From Lingula anatina (taxonomy: Eukaryota > Animalia > Brachiopoda): 64,000 nt of DNA. The first letter of the stretch is position 1. Every line of letters begins with the position of its first letter. Shown piece by piece: positions 48,359 through 60,800 of the stretch. The stretch is taken from positions 22,386,848 to 22,450,847 of the forward strand of contig CM120643.1 of assembly GCA_051362555.1 (NCBI GenBank), written 5' to 3'. The notes beneath the pieces are model-generated. The model was not told the DNA's origin. It worked only from the letters and a program-made list of their open reading frames with translations, and did no database searches. Both the position numbers and the translations under genes were made by a program.

Positions 48359-49224
48359 TTGTATTATGGTTGGTATGGAAGTCGAGCGTTTTTTTTTTTT
48401 TTTTTTTAAGTTATTGCGTTAGCATTCCCATTGACAATTTTTGATATCTGTTCGGCGTAGGCTGCATATTAAAATCGTCGACAAGAGTGCTGACGCATAA
48501 AATTCGTGCTACCAGGTGACAGTCGAGCGTGGTGCGCCTTCTCTGCGAATAGTTTTTGGATCCGACAAAATCTCACGTACATGTCACAGATATAACTTTG
48601 CAAGAAACGTAAAACATACTAGCTACCTTTTTGGCTACCTTTTTTAACAGAGGGGCAATTTATTGATAATAAACTACCTGAATCCATTCACTAACGCCTT
48701 CAAAAACAGAATGGACAATTACTGGAAACAATTACCGCTAATGATGTATCATATTTACAGCACCATGTAAATTGCATGTATGCATAAAACCAAACTGCCA
48801 AGAACAAACACATTCAAAACATTGTAAGAAGCTTTTATTCAACAATTACAAAGATTTCAACTATCTGGATATTATTTGAATTACTACAAAAACATTCATG
48901 GTCAATGCTCTTTTGTTATTCTCCATTTATACCAGCACCAGTGATAAATATATCCATTGCAAGACTAGATAAAAGAGAAATATTGCACTCCATTAGAAAC
49001 ATTTTCAATAATTTACTTGTCTACCCCTTACACAAAAGGAATTTAAAAGGTAATGTGCACAATTTTGTCACTCAATGGTTTAAAAATTTGAAAATGTTCT
49101 GAATCAAGAACAACTGTTTACAACAAAGTATATTATTTGGCTAACAATTAGGTATCACCTTTAACCTTCTTTCATTTTCTGCACATTAAATCAATAATTT
49201 TGTGCAAGTTAACTATTAATCATT

Positions 49225-51186
49225 AACAAGGCAGCAAAGCTGTCAAATGTACAGACAAAAAGCAGGAAATAACAAAATAGGCTACTGTCAATTCTGATGC
49301 AAAAGTACATTATGTTAAACTGCAAATTCAACATCAAATTTTCATTATGCTCAACAGGTAATACCAATGTAAGTAAAATGTGAAACAAGCATAAGGCTTC
49401 AGGCCCATGGGAGTTCAAGTTCACACTTTGAAAATGTAAAACTTCCAGAAAAAGAAGTCAATTAGACTGCTTTTCCAACTCAGGCTGCATTTTAGTCCTG
49501 TATTTCTTTTTTGAAAGTTTGGCAATCATAAGTAACATGGTTTTCCCATAATGGTCATCATGGCAGCAGCACCCAAAATTGTGTTTTCTTCTATTCTGAT
49601 GCAATATTACATAATGGTTAACTGCATAATGACAATCAATTTTTAATAACAAAATATATGTATCATGGATTTTCAGAAAATGTGACTAGCCTGGGTCTTC
49701 AAGCCTGTGGAACTTCAAAGTCACACCTTGAAAATGCCAATATGTGAAAAATTAAATTTTCACAAAAAAACTGTTTAACTGGCAGATTGCATTGCCTACT
49801 GAAGCTGTATTTTAGTCCCATGTTTCTTTCCTGTAAGTTTGAGAACAGTAAGTGACATGGTTTTTCTTAAAAGGTAATCATGGGAGCAGTGCCCAAAATA
49901 GTTTTTTTTCAAATTTTGATGCAATATTACATAATGTTTAACAGCATAATGACCATCAATTTTTAATAATAAAATATTGGTATCATGGATATTCAGAAAA
50001 TGTGACTAGCAAAGGTCTTCAGGCCCATGGAACTTCAAAGTCACAACTTCAAAATGCCAAAATGTAAACAAGACAGCACTGTTCTGAAATGTTTTTTTTT
50101 TCCCCATTTATAACAATTTTTAACATAAAACAAAATTAACAGTTTACTGCCATTTTTATATGATCAACTAAGAAAATTGATGAGATGAGAAAAATATCAA
50201 TAGAGCAGTGTTAAATGTCCAATTTCTTCCATTCTGAGATTCTGAACATAGTGAATGATTGAATCTGACAAACTGCAATGATATGAGTTTATTTCCATAT
50301 TTGAAACTTTATTACACAATACACGATAACATGTTTACCATCATTTTTACAAAATCAACTAACAATGTTGTAAAGATGCAGGAAATGTCAAACAAACACT
50401 TTCACGTATCTTATTAGTTTAATAATGAGACTGTTAATATGCCTAAAAATTGAATCTGAGGAAATGTGAAAAAACAGCATACCTTCTAAAATAATGCCAC
50501 GATTATGCTGATTTACGAACTCAACCTGCATTTTAGTAAAATTGACCACTCCTGTGACTTTCATGACAATTGGCCCATCTGTTTTTCTTATTTTGTGTTT
50601 ACAGTGTTGCATATATGCTGAAAAGTGTAAAAAAAACAGCATAACTAGTAAAATAGTGGCCCGATCATGCCGATTTTTGAACTTGACCTGCGTTTTAGTA
50701 AGATTGATTACTCCTGTGAGTTTCATGACAACATGTCTATCGGTTTTCCTTGAAATGTGTTAACAGTGTCGCATATATTCTGAAAAGTGAAAAAACAGCA
50801 TAACTACTAAAATAGTGGCCCGATCATGCCAATTTTCGAACTTGACCTGCGTTTTAGTAAGACTGATTACTCCTGTGAGTTTCATGACAACAGGCCTATC
50901 GGTTTTCCTTGAAATGTGTTAACAGTGTTGCATATATGCTAAAAAGTGAAAAAACAGCATAAATTCTACAATAATGGCCCGATCATGCTGATTTTCGAAC
51001 TTGACCTGCGTTTTATGAATATTAGTCAGCTCTGTAAATATAAAGCCAAAAAGTAAAACTGTCTTCCACTTATGGTGTTAACGCTGAAAGTGCACGGCGA
51101 CGGCGACGGCGACGGCGACATGATCGGCGACGACAGACGCAGGTGATGGCAATATGTACAGACACATCTGTGTCTGTACATAAAAA
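49225..51186 (-). mobile_element. Helentron/HINE family A, copy 4 (both termini present)
   Basis: Reverse-complement 5' hairpin at ~51153-51186, (ggcgac)n, four 159-bp units, ~338-bp-type units, and 3' terminus aacaaggcagcaaagctgtcaaatgtacagac at 49225. Confidence 0.9.
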
Positions 51187-51577
51187 TACCTAATATATTC
51201 ACAGGACTATACTAGTACCCACTTCCCAATGATCATTTGACACTAGCACTGTCTCTCGTCTGATAAATAATTGCAATTGCATGCATTTCTACAGGAATGA
51301 ATCATTATTGCCTTTGCATAAAACAATTGAGCATGTATACTCTAAACAAAAATCTACCCTAGATCAAAAGATAATAACATTGGGAAAACTGTTAAAAAAT
51401 ATATAGTAGGTCATATCTATACTTAAATGATTGTCAAAACCAATATATTAAAAAATTAATATCATTAATTTTCTTTTTTCAAATTTTTGATCACAGCAAT
51501 AAAGCATTATTTATTGGCGATGCCTGCAACAAAATTTGGCAGTGAACCCTGATTCTTGAGCAAACTGAAATAAATCT

Positions 51578-54500
51578 TTATCCTTTGACTTCACTTGGCA
51601 GAGGCCTTCCCTCTACCTCAGCCAAAACATTCTCCAGCATCAACATCTCCATCTTTCTCCTCGTCTCCACTGTGGCAGAACCTGTGTGAGGCGATATGAT
51701 AATATTTGGCAGCGTGAGGAGGGGGTGGTCCCTGGGGAGAGGCTCTGGGTACGTCACGTCTAATGCAGCTGCCTTAACGGTCTTATTCTTCAGTGCGGTA
51801 TACAGAGCTTCTTGGTCAATAATCTTTCCTAAAAAAACAAAGAAAAAAAGTGACTCAAATATGCTTTCATGCAAAATCACATTTTCACTTTTTTGCTATT
51901 ACATGTTTTATTAAAATTAATTTAAAAATATGACATACAATATCTCAGCCAACCTATGTAATTCACTAAAAAGCTGACGTTAAGAAAATTCTTTTGCATC
52001 GATTTTCCAAGAATCAACCAATTTGAAAACAAAATGACACAAGCAAACAAACAAAATGGTACCCACTTTTCATAATTGCTTCCTTACTTGAGTACCCCCC
52101 CCCCCCCCCCAAAAAAAAAAAAAAAAAAAAATTATCATCTCACCTCTGGCAACATTGATGATTGTAGCACTTGGTTTCATCTGTTTGAACCTAGCCTCAG
52201 AGAACATCCCGACCGTTTCTGGGGTTTGTGGACAAGCTATGATGAGGTAGTCACACTTGGGAAGCAGTTCTTCCAGCGAGGCACAGTATGAGGCCCCTAC
52301 AGCAGACTCTTCTGCTGTACTCCTGAAAACAATTAAATGTCACTGATTATTTATCAATTTCTTGCTAGTGATATGTAGTGTTTTATTTACCTCTGCGTCA
52401 TGCGTAAAAAACGCATGAATCCTAAAATTGACGCAAAAAAATATGATATTGTGCGTCATTTGACCCTAATGTATGACAGCCACAACTAATTACTTTCAAA
52501 AGTGTTGTAATATTGCCGATTAAAAACCTACTAATAGGCCTATTTCCGATCGTTGTTGTGTTGCAAAAAAGTATGTCAACTTGCCACCGATAGTACACTA
52601 CTAGTACAATGCTGCTATAGGCACAATACGGGTTTTTTAATTCAATTTAAATATTTTATTGTGTTTTAAGATCCAAATGTAATTGGTTTAACATAAAAAA
52701 CAGTTTAGTCCGCAAACTGGTGACAGAGATTACTCTAAATGGTTAAAATATGTTACACTACGTGTATAAAATCACAGGTGTCTAGTATTGTGTTTTTATG
52801 TTTAATAGTCAAAACATAATTTTTCCAGATTGGAATATAATTTGTTATTGCCATAGTAATTATCTATTGAAATTCCTTGTCTTCATTTATCTACTTTTTT
52901 TGTGTTTGACAATCTTATTCCCTCCTATATAAATTGTTTTCCATTTATGTCCATATAATTTTTGAAAATTTTTTTACATACTAGTCAACACAAAGTTTAT
53001 CCATATCAATTTTAATTTATTGTTTATCTTGATGATTTTTTGTTCATATATCTACCTTTAGGTTAAATCATGTTAATAATCCTTTGTTTTAACGTTTTTT
53101 TTTTTAGAAAACAAAATCAAAATGCATACTTTTGTCCATATCATTTTGAAGTTGTATGACTATTAGTGTGTTTGTTGTCATATGTTGAATACACTTATAC
53201 AAAAGCTGTTTTTTTTTTTTTTTTTTTTTTTTGTATTCTTCAGTTCCTGTAGATAGAATTCTATACTTTAAGTCTGGAATACAACAATTACAAATAAATA
53301 ACCTCAATTCATATACAATCTATTTACATAATATATGGTTGTACGCATCATTACTAGTTAAAAATTACCCATTCCAAAAAGGCAGGAAAATTTTGACTCC
53401 TGAAAATAAAAAATGACTCGTAATCTGCAGTGTCAGCGAGTCATCTGACTCTCTAGTTCCAAATTGTAAATAAAACACTGAGTGATAACACAAAAAATCG
53501 GACTTTTCAATTAATTAAAGTGTAAAAAAACACTGACCAACAGATAATTATTTTGTTAAGAATAAATCTTAAATTAGTAACCAAACAAGCTTAAGGTCTG
53601 GATCTAACAGAACCTGAGGTATAGATTGCTCATTTTTAAAAAGTTAGGAGAAGACTGAGGATGTATATGCTTGTCTGCTCTTTTTTTTTACATTTTTAAA
53701 TTTATGTATTTTATATAAAAATTATTACCAGTACCTTCTTTTCCGGTTGTGGTAATAAATGTTCATCTGGAAAGCCTTTGCTCTCTGCGCAATCTTGAAT
53801 CCAATTCCTCCCATCCCAACAATACCCAGTGTGGCAAAGCAGACATCATTACCAAGCCAGTTTTGGTTCAGTTCTTGGACTGGTTCTGAACCCATGGCTA
53901 GCTTGACACCTACAAATAGTATAAAACAAGCCTGTTAATTTATAGTATAAAAAAAATCATGTTGCTCTTGATTAAAAAAGATATCTCAGTATCAAGCATA
54001 CATGTACTACGTAGTACCAGTCAAACAAAAGGCAAGCAACACAAATTTACTTCTCTGCACATTCTTAACATATATCATATGCAGACCAATAATAATTTAT
54101 ATATGTAACAAAGTCAATTAAATTAAAAAACAAACAATACCCAGTACAGTGGAGGATTTAGAGGGGGGTCAGGGGGATCCTAACCCCCCCCCCCCCCCCT
54201 TCAATTTCTGGTCCCCTTTTAAAATTATAATTTTGACTAGCTGAATCTTAGTTCTAAACCATACCAAATGGCCTCTAAAATACCAAAACTTTTCGGGGCC
54301 CTTCATCGGATCCCGAACCCACACCAAGTTGGGGGGGGGGGGGGGGGGGGGGGGGGAAGCTTCGCATCCGCAGACCTCCCCTTCAATTAAAAGCTTAATT
54401 TGGACAAAATGTGTGAGTTAGCACTCTTATTTACATCTTCTGATATGTATTTTAACTGGTACAGCCAGTACATTTCAGAAACTGCAAACAGGAGTGCTGA

Positions 54501-55242
54501 AGTATTAATCTTAAGCTTGTTAAAGTTAAACTAGCACGAAAATTCATGCATTAGCACTCCTATTGACGATTCTGATGTGTACTGTCTGTGCACAGACAGT
54601 ACATATCAGATTCATCAATAGGAGTGCTAACACATGAATTTCCGTGCTAAGTTTAACATGCATTCCCACACAGTCAGAGCTAGTGTGCATGAAAAAGTAC
54701 TTGTGCATATTTGAAATTGCACAGGGGTCTGGACCACTTAAAGCAAAAAAGCGCCACAATAATATCTGATTTTCAATTCGTATTGGAAAAAATATCTGAT
54801 TGAGATTCACATCGGGGGAGCCACAGAATTAGACACCCCCTCCCCCATTACCTGGAATAAGGTTTCTTGCAGACGCCAACATCAATGTCACAGCCATGTC
54901 GGCAACGGAATCGCAGAGAACATCTGGGGTATTGGCAACTTTAACTCCAAGCTGATTGTATTTCTTAACATCTATATGATCAACCCCTACGCCATTGTTG
55001 GCGATAATTTTCAAGTTTGGGAGCAAATCCAGCGTATTTTCCAAATACATGCGTGAACCACGGACTAAGGCACCAACGATGTTTGCTCCTAAAATTGGAT
55101 TTGCTACAAGATCTTTATGGCAAATGATGTCAAAGTGTTTTTCGACCCTTTCACAAAATTCTGGGTTAAATCCTTGCGTCGGATCGTCTTTCTGCCTGGC
55201 GTGGATCCACACAGCCGGTCGTGGTTTGTCAATTTCCGCCAT
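51578..55242 (-). CDS. D-isomer-specific 2-hydroxyacid dehydrogenase (glyoxylate/hydroxypyruvate reductase or 2-ketogluconate reductase-like)
   Basis: Exons 55242-54852, 53909-53735, 52322-52144, 51828-51578. Motifs GVGVDHID, VANTPDVL, TLGIVGMGGIG (NAD-binding), YHNR, INVARG (Arg), ALDVTYPEPLP (Glu), SPHTGSAT (His). Confidence 0.93.
54147..54385 (+). mobile_element. Degenerate CAGTGG(C/A)GGATTTAG-type MITE remnant with poly-C/poly-G tracts
   Basis: Left terminus cagtggaggatttagaggggg resembles the 16226 terminus. Right terminus not clearly found. Confidence 0.4.
54525..54657. repeat. Near-perfect loopless palindrome (TAGCAC MITE family)
   Basis: ...tagcactcctattga....tctgat.tgtactgtctgtg|cacagacagtaca.atcaga....tcaataggagtgcta... 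Confidence 0.85.
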
Positions 55243-55356
55243 TTTTTGGTGTCACGTGATCTGAGCGTTGGAAGCCATATTGAAATTCACAGCCGCGATT
55301 TGGAAGAATTTAATGACCAATAATACTTTTCATGGTTCAGAAATCAACGATCTACG
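55243..55356. promoter_or_regulatory. Putative compact bidirectional promoter and ZFAT first (non-coding) exon
   Basis: E-box GTCACGTGA at 55251-55259, GGAAGCCATATT, + strand donor ACG|GTAGGT at 55357; the reductase ATG is at 55242 on the - strand. Confidence 0.5.
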
Positions 55357-56016
55357 GTAGGTGCTAAGGTCCTGTGATTGTGTATCATTTATAATGACCG
55401 CTATTTATGGTAGAAATAGTCATTTTTAGGCAAGTTCTTATGGGCATAGCCGAGTCGCAATTATGCCTTGGCTGAAGCCTGAACTCTGCAACTTTGCGCC
55501 AAATGCTGTCTGCTAATTCGGGTGTTGTTTTTTGTATTTTGGTTTTCTAACAGTAGCTAAACTCAAATGACTGGAACAACTTAAATATTGATATTATTAA
55601 GTTAGTATCAATTGTTTGGCATCGCTCTGTGGAGCTGCTGTTAATGGCAGTAATATATAACCGTATCGGACTCAAGATGCACAATTTATTTTTATATTTG
55701 GGACCTAAGTTAATGAAAGATTCGCGAGTTTTTATCAAATTTTATGTTTTCTCCTATGTGCTGTTTTATTGATCTCTTCCCTATTTGAAAAATCCTGCTC
55801 AAACTTATGACCTATCAAACTTCATGGGTCCATTAGCTGAAACCATAGAATAGTGAATGTTAGCAGAATTTTTTCAATGAGCCCTTTGATATGTTTAGGC
55901 AAGCTACCTGCTTACTTAGCCTGTAGAAATTTAACAGTTTTCAGTTTTTTAATAACCAGTGAAACAAAACTGATTGATCCAATGGAGGGTTTGAAGAATT
56001 TGGAAATGTGGGAGGG

Positions 56017-56100
56017 GGGGATGCCTGACTCAACCAGGGATTGAACCTGGAATACTTGCTCTTCATGCTGCAGCCAGTCCTTCACCATGGCACTGAGCTA
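56017..56100 (-). mobile_element. tRNA-derived SINE head fragment
   Basis: Minus strand has A-box-like TAGCTCAGTG and B-box-like GGTTCAATCC. No clean cloverleaf. Confidence 0.4.
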
Positions 56101-56341
56101 TGATCTAGCCCAGATTTACCCCTGCCAGTCACTATACTTATTCCTTCCTCCCAAAGCCCAAAGACAGAGTCCACCGCTGCCACCATATTGTAGCATTTTT
56201 GGGAGAAAATGCCTGGCTTGAGTAGGGATCATGCTTGGGATGCTTGCTCACTGTGCGAGTGCTCTTTACGCATCTTCTGAGCCTGGGTCTATCCCGGCCA
56301 TGCAGTCACCATTGGTTGACTCTGTACTACTGAGACCCTTA

Positions 56342-56566
56342 GACCCCATTCCCATAGATTTTAGATCGATCTATCCCTGTGGGGAGTCTCACTAGATTAT
56401 TGTCAGCTTAGCCAGCTTAAGCGTCTGTCCCGCCTACTAAAAGCTGTAAGGGGGTAATTAACTATGGTGCACGCTCAGCTGACTGCAATTTAGCGTGAAC
56501 GCCCAGGGAGTTAGGTCCATCTAAATCTAAATCTCTGGATCAATCTAAATCTCTGGGAATGCACCC
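56342..56566 (+). mobile_element. PIF/Harbinger-like MITE
   Basis: TIR-like gaccccattcccatagattt / aaatctctgggaatgcaccc with TTA on both sides. A second copy lies at 13582. Confidence 0.8.
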
Positions 56567-57820
56567 TTATACATGCCGAGTCCAACATGAAATTCAATTA
56601 TCCAGATACATGCAGCTCTGAGTGTAAATTGCCAAGACCAAAGAAATGAATGATAGAATACATGTCCACTTACTAGTACATATATATATATATATATTGA
56701 ATGAGTGTCCTGCAACATTTTCTGAAAATATCAGGATTTTCAGGGTTTGGTTGGCACTGAGGGCTTCCTTTATAACTTGGGGAAAACAACTCTAGATCTG
56801 CAGTGCACTGTTGCGTTATACATAATTTTTTAACTTGTGCAGCATTTGAACTTTTAAGTGCAATGTATGTTGATTTATGCTGCAAAACTTCTGCTATTAT
56901 TTCAAAGTTACAAGGTGAAATTTATATATCAATTGATTGCTTTAATTTATTCTTGGAAAAGATGTTAAGTAAATATAAGAAAATTTAATAGTATATTACA
57001 AATGTTTTAATAAAATATCTTCATATGCTTACCTGTTTTTGAAACAGACTCTTTGTTTGCCAAAAACCTGAAATGAACTCTGCTCATAGTAAAAAATTTC
57101 TAACCTAAGCAGCTGACTGCAGTCAAATCAAAGTATTGAGTTAAATAAATTTTTGAAAAATAGTAAAGTAACTCCCTAATCTTCAACCATGTCTCTTCTT
57201 ATTCACTGCTACTTAAAGGTACATACAAACCAAGCATCGGTGGAGCGTGGATTCCCAGTAACACATGTAAACCACTTCTACTAGATTCTTATACGACTCG
57301 AATAAATTCGACATGCCAAGGGATAAACTGAATAGATCACTCCATCAGCCATAAAAGACCTTTAGACTGTTCCTTCCTTTAAATTTTTGGTCAGAAATTT
57401 AACCAACTTTCGTGACCTACTTTCCTGCCCCAATGACATACAGCTTAGAATGCCAGCAGAAAAATCCATTCAAACATCATTTTCGGGTAAAATTAAACAA
57501 TGCCTTTTGGCAATTCTCTTATTTATATTACTTGAAACTATATGCTGGCATTTAGTTGGTTTTTGTGACAAAAAATTGACTTTGTATGCATCTTTAATGA
57601 CATAATGTGGAATCCAGGAGGTGATGCACTGACATGCTATGCACTAAGCTTTTCCTACTTTTTTCTTGGGAAAAGCTCATGTCTATCCACTTTTGAATGG
57701 GTTTTTAAAAACCTAGATTAGAGTCGTGTTTGTGGAATGCAAGATCTATACAATAAATTTGTGATACTCGTAAAAGTAACTTAACTCATTTTTCATCCTT
57801 GATTGTTGGATGTTTTTCAG

Positions 57821-60800
57821 ATGCCAGATACTTTCATCTGCGGTGAATGCAGCCAGTGTTTCTTTGACATCAACCAGTTTGTGGAACACAAGAACAGTGC
57901 CTGTGATGTCTCTGTTAGCGGTGAGGGGCAGGAGGGTAAGGGTCCAGCCATATTATGTTCTAGTTAGTTGAAAGAGGAGGGCAGATTCTCATGCAATTAC
58001 AGAAGTGTTTCGAACAACTGCACTTGTGTTTCCCTTATATATAAGAGAACAAAGAAGATGCAGAAGGCATATACTAGTATATTAGGATACAGGCAAAGGG
58101 AAATAGAGGTGCCCTTTGAAGTACCAGCATAAATACCCTGGCAGAGGCAGGATTTCAAGGAGGGAGGACACAGTTTATAGGTGGGGAGGGGGAGTATTTA
58201 ATTTTTTTTTTTTTTAAGTGTTCTCTCCTCCTTTCCATGAACACAGTAGTTATCTACATAAAAAATAATTTCAATGCAGCTTGGGGCTTTTTGCCACACT
58301 TTGCTAGTATTGGGTATCTTGAATTTTTTAAAAAGAGATTGTGGATGGGTGGTTAAATCTTAATGAAATAGCATAAGTGTCAAGTGTACATTACGTACAT
58401 TTCTTCATATATAAAGCTGATCTCAGTGTATGTATATTTACTTAAAGAACACAAGCACCTGGTAGTGACCACTCTAGGAGAGGCGCAGGCAGTGGCCATT
58501 GTGGAAGATGGTGGTGGTGGTGGTGAACCTAATGGGACTGTTGTCACTGCACAAGTGACTGAGGTAGAAGCTGAGGAGGAAGTACATGGTAAGATATTGT
58601 TTACTAGAGTATAGTGGGTGTAAGAGATATAGAGAGAGAGCAACATTTCAAATTGATTAAAGTTTGGTAAGTTCTTGAATCCAGAAGCACAAAAGGTAAG
58701 CACATGTATATACCTGTGTATGTATAGCTATGCATACAGACATGCAGATGCTGGCTAGACATTTGCATGTGTGCACATGCCCACACACACTTACAGAGAA
58801 TCTCCTAATTATTAATCACATGAGCATATGCCAAACTGCATTTGACTGTGGCTGTTTTTGTTTCAGATGTCCCAATTATTCTCAATATTTCTGGTCCTGG
58901 AGGAGAGGAGCAGTCAGTTAAAGTACAAAGAGCTCCAGGTGAGGAATTTCTTCAGGTATTTTGTTGTTTTAAACATAATAGAGTCAAGGTTGGTGTGGAT
59001 CTTGTTTATCTGTAGAATGATTTTCCCTTAATTAATGAGGGGGTTGCAGCTTGACAGGAAAGGAATCACTTTGTCAACAGATAATGAAATGTATGTTTGA
59101 AGTTTTAACCTAATATGTCCTTGGTGCATCACATTTTACTCAGCAAAGATCACTTTATCTGTTGTAGCTCCAGGAACTGGCAGAAGAGGGCGTGGTAGGC
59201 CACGCAAAGGAGAGGAAAAGAATGCACCAAAAGAAAAAAAGGAAGAAGAATTGACCCCAGAGAAGAAGAAAGCAAGTGTCCCACAAATAGGTGAGTTATT
59301 TCTTACCTGATTAACACATGTACTAGCATTACCTTCCTTTTAAACAATGTTTACTCTAATAAGAAAATAAGGATTAAGCCAATCAGAGAATTTTTAATTA
59401 AGCTTGTGCTGCATCTATTGAGTGAAGAAAGCCTTTGTTAAGAGGCTTCAGACAACTGTAAAGCTTGTAAGAAAAAAAATTAGTCTTTATAAATTTCCAG
59501 ATGAATATCTTATCATCATAGTTGGCTTTGAACTGTAAAATATCATGAAATTGTTTAAGGTCCAGATGGCAGATTTCTCTGTGTTCGCTGCAACAAATCC
59601 TTCACTAGAGAGCGCCACTTCAACTCCCATGCCTGCCTGGCCACCGGCGACTATATTGACATCACCAGGAAGGAAGTCATTAACAAGCTGAGTGGAGAGG
59701 TTGGAGGGAATGAAGCAGTAGAGGAGGGCGAAGATTTGGATGAGGATGAGGATTATAAGGAGGAGGATGTGGAGGAGGAGGAGGAAGAGGAAGATGACTT
59801 AGACGATAAGGATTACACAGGGTGGGTTTTTTGATACTGCTGTTTTATACTTGTGGTTTGACATACTTCAGAAAGTCTTTTTTTTTTCTTATTTTACCTC
59901 TGAGAATGTGTGTTTGTGTTTTAAAATTTTTATTATTTTTTCACTTGTGTTCATCAATTTTATGCTGTAAAATTAGTCTTGTGTTGATGTGGACAAGTTT
60001 TAGCCGGATTAAGTGTTTAGAAACACTTGTATTTCATTTAAGATTAAGCATGATAGGAAAAACTATGTTATACTACCCTGAATAGATTGTTTTATGGTTC
60101 TAGTAACCAGCAAACAAGAAGAGGAAGGAAAAGAGCACGCAAATCTCTTGCAGACTCCCCACCAGAAGGGCACCAGCCGCCAGAAAAGCTGCCCCGAACC
60201 TTTGTCCTGCCTTTCAAATTAGCCGATGAGTCCACTGGTGCAAAACTGACCAAAAGTGGACGCCCCAAACCCGCAGTGGTTGGTGATCATGTGCCACGAG
60301 TACGGGATGATATCCCAGATGTCCCGGTGTTTGCAGATGAGAAGGAAAAGGACGAGTTTGACACCTATCTGGGTGGTATTGATCTAGGAGGCTTGGTGGA
60401 TGAAATGTTCAAGATCCATCGTATTGAGCAAGATGTCAGTGAGGAAGCTATAGGTATTTTTTTTTTTTTTTAATTTTTGCTTTATACATGTTGTTTTTCA
60501 TAGATGTTGTTTAACATGTTATTATACCATGCAGATAAATTTTATATATATATTTATGAATATTTTAATATCTGTGTGCTGTCTTGACTTTTGATTGTAG
60601 TTACTGATGTTCTGTTCATACAATTTAAATTCTGATTGATTTAAAATTAGGTGGTTGATTATCTGTTCTTATTATAATTTTCATGTGAAGGGTTTAGTGG
60701 GAAACTTATTTTTTCTTTTTTTTCAAATGTTAAATGTTACCAAGTTGAGGTAAACCTCGATCTTTATTTTATTCAGCTCCCAACCCCACTCCCAGAGGGA

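Noticed and set aside
56017-56100. Possible tRNA gene
   Set aside because: A and B boxes are present but the stems do not pair; better explained as a SINE head.
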